From Candidatus Cloacimonadales bacterium (lineage in GTDB: Bacteria > Cloacimonadota > Cloacimonadia > Cloacimonadales > DAONDQ01), in the NCBI GenBank assembly GCA_963662275.1, contig OY759316.1:3456001-3520000 (forward strand): DNA of 64,000 nt, written 5' to 3'. The notes under the pieces were generated by a model. The model ran no database searches, had not been told where the DNA came from, and saw only the letters and a list, made by a program, of their open reading frames with translations. This document shows, one piece after another, positions 18,292 through 29,890 of the stretch. How positions within the stretch are numbered: the first letter of the stretch is position 1; each line of letters starts with the position of its first letter. Both the position numbers and the translations under genes were made by a program.

Positions 18292-20736
18292 CTAATTCCT
18301 GTCAGAAGTTTGCAGTCTCAACGCATCCGGTAATTGAATTGCATATAGAATCAGCCTGTAATCCCAGCTTTTATTGCTGCGAGTGTAGTTCATTTCCAAA
18401 CGCCAGCAATGCAATTGCCTAATCAGTTGAATGGATTGGGATACCATTCTCTCTGATTTAACATCGAGGTAGTTGGAATAAGTCATAGACCAGTTTTGAG
18501 TCAGCTTGCAATTACCGCTGATTCGTATATTATTACTTCTAGGATCAAATGGAGAATGAGGTCCGGAAACATCCTGCCCCATTGTTAATGACCAGCTTTC
18601 AGGATTGCTGATTTTTTCATATTCCTTGATACTCTGAACTTCCTTTTTTGCAGCAGTCGTGTCAGGAAATTGAATACCGGCAAACAAAGGATTCTTTAGT
18701 TTGGGGAAATAATTCACATAATTTGATTTCCCTGACAAGGTTACAGAATGGGAGGCATACCAGTTTGAAAGTCGCCAGTTATTCCATTGAAGAGTGTATG
18801 GATTCTCTGTCACAGACCAAGTTTGAGAATAGGTGAACTTGAAATCACCAATTTCCAGATCACCAGGTTTCATAGAGACACGATGTGAGATATTTGATAA
18901 TTTTTTATTCATCGCATCTGTATTATAACTGGCATTGGCATTCCATAAAATGAAATCATTCAGTTTCAGTTCCTTACGTTTATCGTTTGGAGCCAGGCGC
19001 AGTTGCCATTTCTGCTCCAAAGCAAAACCCATACTCCTGGATTTTTGCCCTGTGGGAAGAGAGATTGACTCGAAGCTGTAAAATCTGTCATTCCGTTCCT
19101 GATTTGGTGAATAGCTGAAGGAAATCCTGGGAGTAATAATATGCCTTACTGCTGATACATAAGATTTTGAAAAAACACGGATGCCATACATCGAGAAGAA
19201 CGCAGAACTGGAAGTATTCCAAGCATATCCCCGAGCAGGCTTGTCATTTTTCATATCCCTATCAAACCAAGCTTCTGAATAGCTGATTCCCTGCGCCAGG
19301 TTCAGCCAACCCAGCAATTTATAATCGTAGTTTGCTCCGGTATTATGTTCAATACCAGCATGATGAATAGAGATTGGATTTCCCAGGGAGTCCGTGGAAT
19401 TATGGTAAAAAATATCAGCAAACGTGGGCTTCTTTGCTGTGATATAACCATAATGAACAGCATGGACATTATAATTATATGAAAAATGGGACCACCAGGT
19501 ATCGCTTTCGTTTGCTATATCAGTTGATTTTTGAAACAATTCATACAAGGGTTTGTAGGGCAAAGTATAAGACATCGTCGGTAAACTGATTGACCTGATA
19601 TCATTAATAACATCATCCGAGTAAGAAGAAGTGACACTGATATTGGAACCAAGAAAAGGTTTTCGATATGAGACGGTCGAGTATACAGTCTGGGTTAGAA
19701 ACTCAGATGAATTGATGTCATAATTTAAGATGCTTTTACCGCTAACAAGATTTACATTTGCATCAAGTGTTGAACGATTGCCCAATTCCTGGTGATGATT
19801 TGTTGTAATTTGCCATTGATAATTTGTCTGCCCAAAATCAGTCTGTTGATTCTTCACAGTCGCCATGAAATTACCTTGGAATAGATATCTCTTGATGTAT
19901 TGACCAGAAAAGGAAGCATTCCAGCCTCTCAATTCCAGGTAATCAAATGAAGCGGTGGCATCTGCAAATTCGGCATAGGGATAGAAGAAAGCGATGTTTT
20001 TCAGGTATTTCCCTTCATATGTACTGTAACCAGGTTCAGGGATAAGGAAACCAGCATGTCTACCACGCTTAATTGAGAATGCAGCATAGGGAAGACCGAA
20101 TACAGGGATATGGTTTACATAGAAAATTACAGGCTTTCCCACAATCTTATTATCTCTGAAAAACCTCATTTTATTACTGTAAATATAGTAATCCGGAGCT
20201 TCAGCATCACAGGTGGTGAATCTCCCCTGGTCAACGTCGTAAACGTCATCACCTACCTTGCGCAATTCCTTTCCATAATAATAACCCTTATCGAATCGGG
20301 CTGCCCCTTGGAAAATGAGACCTGTCTTTGAATCTACATCATAAAAGACGCTTGAACCGGCAAGATACTGATCAGTATCCTGCATAATCGTATGCCCTGA
20401 AGCAAAGGCGGTATTTTTTTTCAGATTGATCGACATTGAATCAGCAGTAATCTTAGAATTACCATAATCAATTGAAGTATTGCTTTGTAATTGGATCAGT
20501 TCTTGATCATAGTTATAGGAAACACTATCGGCGGCGTAGAATAATGAATCCTCTACCGCAGCTTTGATTTTTAACGAATCAACTGGAATAGAAAGACTAT
20601 CCGGTTGTATCTTCAGTGAATCATATGGTAACGTAGATTGATTCGGTTTATTTTGAGCATGAATAGGAAGAGCAATACACGATAAAATCGCCATTGTCAC
20701 GATAATTATTAGGATATTCTTCTCTATTACATTCAT
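18292..20736 (-). CDS. lptD: LPS-assembly outer membrane protein, LptD-like
   Basis: Signal peptide, OstA-like region (YAADSV, ITADSM), FTTCD..PDY, GFLIP..G, C-terminal RQLHCW. Confidence 0.8.
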   Translation of the reverse strand: MNVIEKNILIIIVTMAILSCIALPIHAQNKPNQSTLPYDSLKIQPDSLSIPVDSLKIKAAVEDSLFYAADSVSYNYDQELIQLQSNTSIDYGNSKITADSMSINLKKNTAFASGHTIMQDTDQYLAGSSVFYDVDSKTGLIFQGAARFDKGYYYGKELRKVGDDVYDVDQGRFTTCDAEAPDYYIYSNKMRFFRDNKIVGKPVIFYVNHIPVFGLPYAAFSIKRGRHAGFLIPEPGYSTYEGKYLKNIAFFYPYAEFADATASFDYLELRGWNASFSGQYIKRYLFQGNFMATVKNQQTDFGQTNYQWQITTNHHQELGNRSTLDANVNLVSGKSILNYDINSSEFLTQTVYSTVSYRKPFLGSNISVTSSYSDDVINDIRSISLPTMSYTLPYKPLYELFQKSTDIANESDTWWSHFSYNYNVHAVHYGYITAKKPTFADIFYHNSTDSLGNPISIHHAGIEHNTGANYDYKLLGWLNLAQGISYSEAWFDRDMKNDKPARGYAWNTSSSAFFSMYGIRVFSKSYVSAVRHIITPRISFSYSPNQERNDRFYSFESISLPTGQKSRSMGFALEQKWQLRLAPNDKRKELKLNDFILWNANASYNTDAMNKKLSNISHRVSMKPGDLEIGDFKFTYSQTWSVTENPYTLQWNNWRLSNWYASHSVTLSGKSNYVNYFPKLKNPLFAGIQFPDTTAAKKEVQSIKEYEKISNPESWSLTMGQDVSGPHSPFDPRSNNIRISGNCKLTQNWSMTYSNYLDVKSERMVSQSIQLIRQLHCWRLEMNYTRSNKSWDYRLILYAIQLPDALRLQTSDRN

Positions 20737-20783
20737 AACGGCAAATTATTGGCTTTCATAAACATGTCAAGAAGTCCTCAAAG

Positions 20784-20904
20784 GAAGTACGAAGTGAGAA
20801 GTGCGAAGTGTGAACTTCCCTGAAAGCAAGTTTTCTCTGCCGACAATGAAAAGAGGTGGCGAACTCCGTTTCGCCACATGCCAAATCGGAGTTTGACATA
20901 CCAG
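20784..20904. repeat. Heptamer tract (GAAGTRN)4 plus double palindromic REP-like element
   Basis: GAAGTAC GAAGTGA GAAGTGC GAAGTGT; GTGGCGAACTCCGTTTCGCCAC-ATGCCAAATCGGAGTTTGACATACC; partial relative at 13582-13607. Confidence 0.65.
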
Positions 20905-21033
20905 TTTTCAAGTCAAATTCGAAGTACGAAAAGAAACTGAGTATTTATTAATATACTCCAAAGAAAAGTTTGACGATTTTATCTGCACACCTAACTTGGA
21001 GTCATCATGGTTCAGTTCAATAAGGAGTGTTTC

Positions 21034-22281
21034 GTGGCAGCAAAATATCAAGTTCCCCGTGGTACATTTGATATTCTACCCCAGGACAGTTATAAATGGG
21101 AGTACATCATGACCACATTCAGAAATGTGGCAAAACGATATCAATATAGAGAAATCGTGACCCCCATCTTTGAGACTGTAGATCTCTTTGAAAGAAGTGT
21201 TGGTGATACATCCGATATCATTCAAAAGGAAATGTATAAATTTGAAGACAAAAAGGGACGTGTGTTTGCATTGCGTCCTGAAGGTACAGCACCCGTTGTG
21301 CGCAGCTATGTGGAAAACAATCTCGGTGCCAATGGCGGACTGACAAAGATTTTCTATATTGGTCCAATGTTCAGGTATGACAGACCGCAAGCTGGTAGAT
21401 ATCGTCAATTTTATCAGTATGGTGTGGAAGCGATTGGCAGTGAACACCCGTATGTAGATGCAGAAGTAATCGCACTTCAGTACACATTTTTGAAAGAATT
21501 GGGTCTGACGAAATTTGAAGTGGAAGTAAATAGCGTTGGTTGCCCGGAATGTTCAAACGCTTATAATGAAGCTTTGAAAGATTATTATCAACCGTTTCTT
21601 AAGGAATTATGCCCTGACTGCCTGATTCGTTTTGAAAAGAATCCCAAACGAATCCTGGATTGCAAAGTACCTGCCTGTAAGGAAATCAGTAAGGATGTTC
21701 CAACTCAATTGGAATATTTGGATGAGAAATGCCTCGCACATTTTGAAATGGTGAAGTCCTATCTAGTGGAAATGAAGATACCGTTTACTGTCAATCCGCA
21801 TATTGTCAGGGGATTAGATTATTACACAAGAACAGCCTTTGAATTCATTAATCGAAATCTGGGTGCACAGAATGCCATTGGCGGAGGCGGGCGTTACGAT
21901 AAACTAGTGGAGCAAGTTGGTGGAAAAGATTCTCCCGGTATTGGCTTTGCAGCCGGTATTGAAAGACTCTTATTGTCACTCGATAATGAAAATCTGCCCA
22001 TAGGAGAACAGCCCAAACCTTTGTATTATTGGATCGCTATTGGTGAGAATGCCAGGAAACATAGTATCCTGACTGTGTCCGAGTTACGATTTTCCGGATA
22101 TTCCGTTGATTTTGACTTGGAAAAGGAATCATTGAAGAGTCAGATGAAAGCTGCAGATAAATCAGGTGCAAAGTACGCCCTGATCTATGGAGATGATGAA
22201 TATCAAAAGCATGTGGTGATCCGTAAAAATTTGGAGAGTGGAAAACAGGAAGTAATCAGTTTGGATGAATTAATTCCTTAA
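21034..22281 (+). CDS. hisS: Histidyl-tRNA synthetase
   Basis: PRGTFD, KEMYKF, LRPEGTA, FRYDRPQAGRYRQF, VRGLDYY, GGGRYD; GTG start after AAGGAG. Confidence 0.98.
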   Translation: MAAKYQVPRGTFDILPQDSYKWEYIMTTFRNVAKRYQYREIVTPIFETVDLFERSVGDTSDIIQKEMYKFEDKKGRVFALRPEGTAPVVRSYVENNLGANGGLTKIFYIGPMFRYDRPQAGRYRQFYQYGVEAIGSEHPYVDAEVIALQYTFLKELGLTKFEVEVNSVGCPECSNAYNEALKDYYQPFLKELCPDCLIRFEKNPKRILDCKVPACKEISKDVPTQLEYLDEKCLAHFEMVKSYLVEMKIPFTVNPHIVRGLDYYTRTAFEFINRNLGAQNAIGGGGRYDKLVEQVGGKDSPGIGFAAGIERLLLSLDNENLPIGEQPKPLYYWIAIGENARKHSILTVSELRFSGYSVDFDLEKESLKSQMKAADKSGAKYALIYGDDEYQKHVVIRKNLESGKQEVISLDELIP

Positions 22282-23607
<1,326 letters not shown>

Positions 23608-23629
23608 GAACAGAATATATGGAGGTTTT

Positions 23630-24838
23630 GTGAAATACCACATCATGTCAATTTTCTTATTGATCATTTCTATCAGTCTCTTTGCTGATCCCATGGGTTT
23701 TGTTGCCCCTCAGTATCTGCAGAGCTATTATGATAATTTCAGTAATAATTATCTGAATGCTATTTCTGCAGGCAGAGGTCATACAGGTGTTGGACTAACT
23801 GGCAATGTCGAGAATGTTCTGCAGAACCCAGCAGCCTTTACAACAGATCACTCTCAACTGTATATTGAGATTTTTATCAAGCCCCCTGTTAGTGAATTTA
23901 ATAAATACCAGGATCAACAATATGAATCGCTTGTTCCTATCGGCATTTTTGCCTATGGATTCCATGCCTGGAAACATTTCAATTTTAGTATGAATTACTC
24001 AACCCCTCAAAGCATTGAATATAATGTTCTATCCTTAGAGCTTAATACTGGGGATATCATTTTTCACTACCCCAGCTATTATTTGTACCAAATCACGGCA
24101 ACCGGGAATTACGAATGGAAAAATCTGCGTATCGGTCTGAATCTTCTGAATGAGATTTACAGTTTTAAAGACCAGGTCACTTGGGGAACGGCTATCCTTG
24201 ACCGTGTTGATCACATGGACTATGCTTTAAGATTCCAACCGGGTCTTTATTACAAATACAAAGGTGTCAGTATTGGTACAAGTTATATGCCATCCACTCA
24301 ACATACGTATAATTTTAGATACCAGTCATACGATGTGACACTTCCTTCCCAATTCAACGCTGGAATTGGTCTGACCTATAATGTTACTCGTTTTGCTACA
24401 GATATAAATCTCACTAACTGTAGTGAAATGTCAGATCAATTCAAGAATCGACTAGATTTCAAAGCCGGTATGGAGACTGATTACCATAAATATACTCTCC
24501 GCTGTGGATTCATGAGTATTCCAAGCGTATGGCAAGGTGCCTATATCCTGCCAATATACAATGTTCCAGGTGGACTTGTTACCAATCTTCCGGATTCTGT
24601 AGGTATGATTAGATCAACAGCCCAATCCATGCTTACAGGTGGTTTTACTTGGCACTCTGAGTTAGCTGATCTGACTGTAGCATTTATCCAGGATGTGCAG
24701 AATAAGGCAAATTATACATCTGTTTTTGGATCGATAAGTGTAAATCTCAATAAATTATCAATTAAGCGTATCATCCCTGGTGATAAGGAGAAAGAAATTC
24801 CTCTTGAAGATGATACTGAGATCGAATACCTGGAATAG
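23630..24838 (+). CDS. Putative outer-membrane beta-barrel (FadL/PorV-like N-terminal motif)
   Basis: GTG start after GGAGG, signal peptide, AISAGRGHTGVG..QNPAAF motif, aromatic-rich alternating strands. Confidence 0.6.
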   Translation: MKYHIMSIFLLIISISLFADPMGFVAPQYLQSYYDNFSNNYLNAISAGRGHTGVGLTGNVENVLQNPAAFTTDHSQLYIEIFIKPPVSEFNKYQDQQYESLVPIGIFAYGFHAWKHFNFSMNYSTPQSIEYNVLSLELNTGDIIFHYPSYYLYQITATGNYEWKNLRIGLNLLNEIYSFKDQVTWGTAILDRVDHMDYALRFQPGLYYKYKGVSIGTSYMPSTQHTYNFRYQSYDVTLPSQFNAGIGLTYNVTRFATDINLTNCSEMSDQFKNRLDFKAGMETDYHKYTLRCGFMSIPSVWQGAYILPIYNVPGGLVTNLPDSVGMIRSTAQSMLTGGFTWHSELADLTVAFIQDVQNKANYTSVFGSISVNLNKLSIKRIIPGDKEKEIPLEDDTEIEYLE

Positions 24839-24861
24839 GAAAGAATCTGGTAATAGATCAA

Positions 24862-25914
24862 ATGAATACAATCTACCCCATAAAGTTATTAGAAGATAAA
24901 ATCATCCTTCTTGATCAAACTCGATTACCTCAAGAAGAAATTTGGCTCGAGATGATAGACTATCGTCAAATGATTGAAGCGATTAAAATGCTTCGGATTC
25001 GCGGAGCTCCATTATTGGGATTGGCTGCCATAGCAGCAGCTTATCTGGCTGCTATTCAATTCTTAAGAGAGAAAGAATTCATGAAGCTGATGGATAACGC
25101 AGTTGATGAGATAGAATCTTCAAGACCAACTGCTGTGAATCTATTCAAAGCTACTACCAAGATCAGACAAATATTACATGAATCCATTGATTCAAAAGTT
25201 ATTAAGGACAAACTACGTACTCTTTACGAATTTCTCTATGAGTATGAAGAATCCGCTTGTGAGAAGATAGGAATGAATGGAATTACTCTATTCGCTCCAG
25301 ATAAAAAATTGAATATCATGACCATCTGTAATACCGGCAGTTTAGCTACTATTGGTATTGGTACAGCTTTGGGAGTGATTAGAAAGCTTACTGTTGATCA
25401 TGATGTCCATGTCTATGCTTCTGAAACCCGTCCCCTGTTACAGGGAGCGCGTCTTACCATGTGGGAACTCCAGAAATCTGGAATCCCTTCCACACTGATC
25501 ACAGATAATATGGCAGGATGGGTAATGAAGACAAATTCGATAGATGCTGTACTTACCGGTGCAGACAGGATCACAGCCAATGGAGATACCGCCAATAAAA
25601 TAGGAACTCTCAATTTAGCCATATTAGCCAAATATTTCAAAATCCCCTTTTATGTCGTTGCCCCGGTAACTACCATCGACTCTTCCTTGGAATCGGGTTC
25701 GGAAATAGCGATTGAAGAAAGGGAGCACAACGAAATATCTTCTTTAGGTAATAAGCAAATTGCACCGATGGGAATTCATGTTTTCAATCCGGCTTTTGAT
25801 ATCACACCGGCATCGCTGATTACAGCAATAATCACTGATAGTAGAGTTTTTATTCCTCCATATCATTTTGATAATGTAGGGATAGACCCATGTGTCTATC
25901 CAAATATTAATTGA
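24862..25914 (+). CDS. mtnA: S-methyl-5-thioribose-1-phosphate isomerase
   Basis: LLDQTRLP, IRGAP, SRPTAVNL, CNTGSLAT, ETRPLLQGARLT, GADRI..NGDTANKIGT, NPAFDITP. Confidence 0.97.
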   Translation: MNTIYPIKLLEDKIILLDQTRLPQEEIWLEMIDYRQMIEAIKMLRIRGAPLLGLAAIAAAYLAAIQFLREKEFMKLMDNAVDEIESSRPTAVNLFKATTKIRQILHESIDSKVIKDKLRTLYEFLYEYEESACEKIGMNGITLFAPDKKLNIMTICNTGSLATIGIGTALGVIRKLTVDHDVHVYASETRPLLQGARLTMWELQKSGIPSTLITDNMAGWVMKTNSIDAVLTGADRITANGDTANKIGTLNLAILAKYFKIPFYVVAPVTTIDSSLESGSEIAIEEREHNEISSLGNKQIAPMGIHVFNPAFDITPASLITAIITDSRVFIPPYHFDNVGIDPCVYPNIN

Positions 25915-25951
25915 AAATAGGAGGATAGACACATGGGTCTATCCCTACATT
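25873..25951. repeat. REPIN-like inverted pair of 26-bp GTAG REPs overlapping the mtnA 3' end
   Basis: GTAGGGATAGACCCATGTGTCTATCC (25876-25901) and its exact reverse complement (25923-25948); third copy at 41738-41763. Confidence 0.85.
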
Positions 25952-26016
25952 GCGATTAAGTAGGATTGGAGTTCTACTCTACAATGTTTAATAGTTCAAA
26001 ATAGATAGAGGTTCAT

Positions 26017-27141
26017 ATGAAAGTGACGATTCAGAGATTTGATGGTTACGTATTAGAAGATCTGAAACAGTATTTTGTCGGGTTGTTTGAAGAATATGGT
26101 CTTTGGGAGAAATTCAAGGATAAGAAAACTATCCTCTTGAAACCTAATCTCCTCGGCGCTTTTGAACCTGAAAAAGCAGTTACTACTCATCCTCTAGTTT
26201 TGGAAGCACTAATCCAATTATTGTTTGAGAAAGAAAAACAGGTTATGATTGGCGATAGTTCTGGGGGTACTGTATCTCTACAAAAAGTATGGGATAAAAC
26301 CGGTATGTCCGATTTGGCAAATCGTTATCCGGTAAAATTACTCAATTTTGCAGAAGCAGGCGTTGTGGAAATGGAGAGGAATGGATTCAGCTATCCCATT
26401 TCAAAAGCCTTTCTTGATGCAGATGGAGTGATCAGCATATCAAAGTATAAAACTCATGGTATGATGCGTTTCACAGGAGCAGTCAAAAACATGTTTGGTC
26501 TGATTCCCGGGTTGAAGAAAACTGAGTTTCATAAATTAAATCCGGAAACCAATCAGTTTGCATCCCTTTTAACAAATCTTTATCAGTCCGTTAAGTATAA
26601 GATCGATCTTCACATCATGGATGGGATCATGGGTATGGAAGGAGATGGACCGACCGCAGGTATTATCCATAATTTCGGGCTGATCTTCAGTTCACAGAAT
26701 GCACCTGCCCTGGATTATGTTGCCTGTAACATGATGGGTTTCGATTGGAGAAAGGTACCCGTTGTATGGCAGAGTCTCCATGAAGAGGGTATCCTACCCT
26801 CTCGTATTGAAATTCCACAAGAATGGGAAGGTTTTCAATTTGAAAATGTGAAACTAGGTAGTGTTAACTTCAGTAGTAAAATGATGAACCACATCCCTTC
26901 CCTGGCAAAGAAATTTATCAAAACCCAGTTTGAGTTTTATCCTGATTTTAACGATGACTGCCGTTTATGCCAGGTTTGTGTGAAAAGCTGTCCGGTACAG
27001 GCAATCAGTTATACAAAAGGGGATAAACATCCCTTGATTAATTACACAAAATGTATTAATTGTCTTTGCTGCCATGAATTATGTCCGTATCGTGCAGTGT
27101 ATATCCATAAATCACGTTTTGCTAAGTTATTTATCCATTAA
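26017..27141 (+). CDS. DUF362 domain protein with C-terminal 2x[4Fe-4S] ferredoxin
   Basis: LLKPNLL, VTTHP, KYKTH, TGAVKNMFG, MEGDGP; CRLCQVCVKSCP and CINCLCCHELCP. Confidence 0.93.
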   Translation: MKVTIQRFDGYVLEDLKQYFVGLFEEYGLWEKFKDKKTILLKPNLLGAFEPEKAVTTHPLVLEALIQLLFEKEKQVMIGDSSGGTVSLQKVWDKTGMSDLANRYPVKLLNFAEAGVVEMERNGFSYPISKAFLDADGVISISKYKTHGMMRFTGAVKNMFGLIPGLKKTEFHKLNPETNQFASLLTNLYQSVKYKIDLHIMDGIMGMEGDGPTAGIIHNFGLIFSSQNAPALDYVACNMMGFDWRKVPVVWQSLHEEGILPSRIEIPQEWEGFQFENVKLGSVNFSSKMMNHIPSLAKKFIKTQFEFYPDFNDDCRLCQVCVKSCPVQAISYTKGDKHPLINYTKCINCLCCHELCPYRAVYIHKSRFAKLFIH

Positions 27142-27156
27142 CAAGGGAGCTAGATC

Positions 27157-27789
27157 ATGATTCATCTCCAGTATTTTGGACAATCCTTCTGGAAAGTATG
27201 GAATGAAGAAATTGCGATTGCCATTGACCCATTCCATGATCTCGGATTTCCTCTTCCCAAGAATGTGGAAGCAGATGTTGTCCTTAGCAGCCATGATCAT
27301 TTTGACCATAATAACTTGGAATTGATTAAGAATACATCATTGATTATCAAAACACCCGGTGATTTTACTTATCAAAACATTCTTTTCGAGGCATTTAGTA
27401 CTTTCCACGATGAGCTGCAGGGAGCAAAAAGAGGAAAAAATTTAATCTTCAAATTTACGATGGAAAAGCATGTAATTATTCATTGTGGTGATTTGGGTGT
27501 TGTTCCATCTCCTGAGATCATCAAACAGATCATGCACCCGGATATCTTGTTTATTCCGGTAGGTGGATTTTACACCATAGATGCAGATAAAGCATACGAA
27601 ATTGTTCAGTTATTACGACCGACCCTTGTGTTCCCGATGCATTATAAAACGAATTTAGTTGACAGTAAGATAGCTCCTGTAACAAGCTATCTTACAAAGG
27701 TAGATAACATAATCGAAATTCAGGATAATAAACTTGATTTGACTGAAGATATCTTCCAAAGCCCTAAGACAATCATCCTGCAATTTTAA
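27157..27789 (+). CDS. Metallo-beta-lactamase fold hydrolase
   Basis: IDPF, SHDHFDHN, HCGDLG, IPVGG, PMHY. Confidence 0.92.
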   Translation: MIHLQYFGQSFWKVWNEEIAIAIDPFHDLGFPLPKNVEADVVLSSHDHFDHNNLELIKNTSLIIKTPGDFTYQNILFEAFSTFHDELQGAKRGKNLIFKFTMEKHVIIHCGDLGVVPSPEIIKQIMHPDILFIPVGGFYTIDADKAYEIVQLLRPTLVFPMHYKTNLVDSKIAPVTSYLTKVDNIIEIQDNKLDLTEDIFQSPKTIILQF

Positions 27790-27802
27790 TAAGGAAGGAA
27801 TC

Positions 27803-28108
27803 ATGCTGAAGAAGAGAAAGTCCAGTAATCGGATCTACCAGTATTTAATTCTAGGTGGAATTGGGGTCTTATTTCTTTACATCGCTTTTTTTGATAGCAG
27901 CAGTTTTTTAAACGTTATTAAAGTAAAAATTCAGAATAAGAAACTTAATAATGAAGTTAGCAAGGTCCAAGTACAAAATCGCGAGTTAATGGAAAAAAAT
28001 AGGAATCTGAAAGATAATCCTGTTGAGATCGAAAAAACTGCTCGTGAAAAAGTAGGGATGCAAAAACCTAACGAGAAGGTTTATCGCTTCTTCAAAGAGA
28101 AAAAGTAG
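27803..28108 (+). CDS. Septum formation initiator (FtsB/DivIC family)
   Basis: TM helix, coiled coil, IEKTAREKVGMQKPNE. Confidence 0.88.
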   Translation: MLKKRKSSNRIYQYLILGGIGVLFLYIAFFDSSSFLNVIKVKIQNKKLNNEVSKVQVQNRELMEKNRNLKDNPVEIEKTAREKVGMQKPNEKVYRFFKEKK

Positions 28109-28153
28109 AATAGTCTTTAATAATAAATTTTTTAGGAGGTTCTAACTGGCATT

Positions 28154-29887
28154 ATGAATGATCAAAATTCTTTACCACCCGAACCTAGTGAAGAAAAAAC
28201 AGGTATTCAATGCTTATTATCCGAAGCTCTCTTAAAAACCCAGGCAAATGAAAGAGTACCTGATCCAATTAAGCATATCTTGCAGAATTTATGTAATAAT
28301 GAACAATTAGATCTATCGACATTTGAACAACTACAGGAATTCATTGAAAATGAAACAACAGATTTACAGCTTATCTATGACATTTCCTATATACAATTAG
28401 TATATTATATAAGATCATTTCCATATTTTATCCGGAAATTCCACTCTCGCTCTGTTTATGATATTATGTGCCTGGCTATGGATCAGAGATTCCATTATCC
28501 GGATCAGAATCCAACGAAAATCCTAAATGAATTAAAGAAACATTTAGCCAAAACTGATGAAGCCAAGATCAATTTTAACAATCTCTCATCTGCACTGATA
28601 TTAGCTCAAATTCAGGCATACGATCTGACGTTGATTTACCTTGATAAGATCATTGATCCACAACATGATAACCCAAAACCTGTTATCCAGATCCTGACTG
28701 ATTTGATCAGGGCACTCATATATCGAAGACGTGGAGAATTCTTAAAAGCCCATAAAAAATTTGCTGAGATTTGTCTTGATTTATCACGATTTCAAGATTT
28801 AGAAGCTATACTCTACGTGCTAAATGATTGGACATATTTGTTCAACAGAGCAGGAGAACAACAAAGATCCATTTCAGCATTCAAACTAATCAGAGATAGT
28901 TTAGATAACACAAAATCAATGAATTATGCCAAAACACTTTACTATTTGTTTTACATCACGAAATATGAAAGACCAAAAGCTGAAAAAATTCAGTATCTGG
29001 AGGAACTTCTTCAGATACCCAACACAGTTCTTCAGAACCATGAATTACTCTATGTTCACTTTTATGCAGGTAACTTCTATTCCACGATACAAGTCAATTT
29101 TGCTGAATCAATCAAGCATTTTACTGAATCTAACTACTTTCTCATGAAAAGTTGGGAACAGCTTCTTCAGAATAATGCTTTCTTGCACGAGCATTTACCT
29201 ATGGATGAATTGAAAGTCGTTTCTTCTATCTTTGAATATAGGCTAAAAGACCTATTAAATGAAAATAGCCTTCAGATTAATCAATTTGTGCAATATCTGG
29301 AATTTGCCTATAATGAACAGAATAAATTATATGATAAAGTGCAGGAATTATCACTTACTGATAGTCTAACAGGTTTAAGAAACAGGCGTTACTTGCTGAA
29401 TAACATCCCACATTTACTTTTCCTGGCGAAAAGACACAAGAATCCCATAAGTTTCATTATGCTTGATATCGATGATTTCAAAAAAGCAAATGATATATAC
29501 GGGCATCTGGCTGGAGATAAAATACTTCATGATTTATCCGAATTGATACAAACTATGTTCCGTAAAAGCGACATTATTATTCGTTATGGTGGGGAAGAGT
29601 TCCTGTTAGTTCTATTCGATGCCCACACTGAAGATTCTTTAAGATTAACTGAAAAATTAAGAGAAGCAGTGGAGACAAATACATTTACTTTTCAAGATTA
29701 TCAAATTCATATCACCATTAGCGGGGGAATCAGTTCACATATATTTGATGATAAAGAAACAGAAGAGATTAACCTTGAAGATATGATCTCATTAGCAGAT
29801 CATGCCCTATATTATTCAAAAAAACACGGTAAGAATTCAATTACAACATGTGAACAGCTTGCGAATAAATTCCAGATGCCACTTTAA
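28154..29887 (+). CDS. Diguanylate cyclase with helical-repeat N-terminus
   Basis: DSLTGLRNRR, DIDDFK..ND.YGH..GD, I-site RKSD, RYGGEEF. Confidence 0.92.
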   Translation: MNDQNSLPPEPSEEKTGIQCLLSEALLKTQANERVPDPIKHILQNLCNNEQLDLSTFEQLQEFIENETTDLQLIYDISYIQLVYYIRSFPYFIRKFHSRSVYDIMCLAMDQRFHYPDQNPTKILNELKKHLAKTDEAKINFNNLSSALILAQIQAYDLTLIYLDKIIDPQHDNPKPVIQILTDLIRALIYRRRGEFLKAHKKFAEICLDLSRFQDLEAILYVLNDWTYLFNRAGEQQRSISAFKLIRDSLDNTKSMNYAKTLYYLFYITKYERPKAEKIQYLEELLQIPNTVLQNHELLYVHFYAGNFYSTIQVNFAESIKHFTESNYFLMKSWEQLLQNNAFLHEHLPMDELKVVSSIFEYRLKDLLNENSLQINQFVQYLEFAYNEQNKLYDKVQELSLTDSLTGLRNRRYLLNNIPHLLFLAKRHKNPISFIMLDIDDFKKANDIYGHLAGDKILHDLSELIQTMFRKSDIIIRYGGEEFLLVLFDAHTEDSLRLTEKLREAVETNTFTFQDYQIHITISGGISSHIFDDKETEEINLEDMISLADHALYYSKKHGKNSITTCEQLANKFQMPL

Positions 29888-29890
29888 TTT

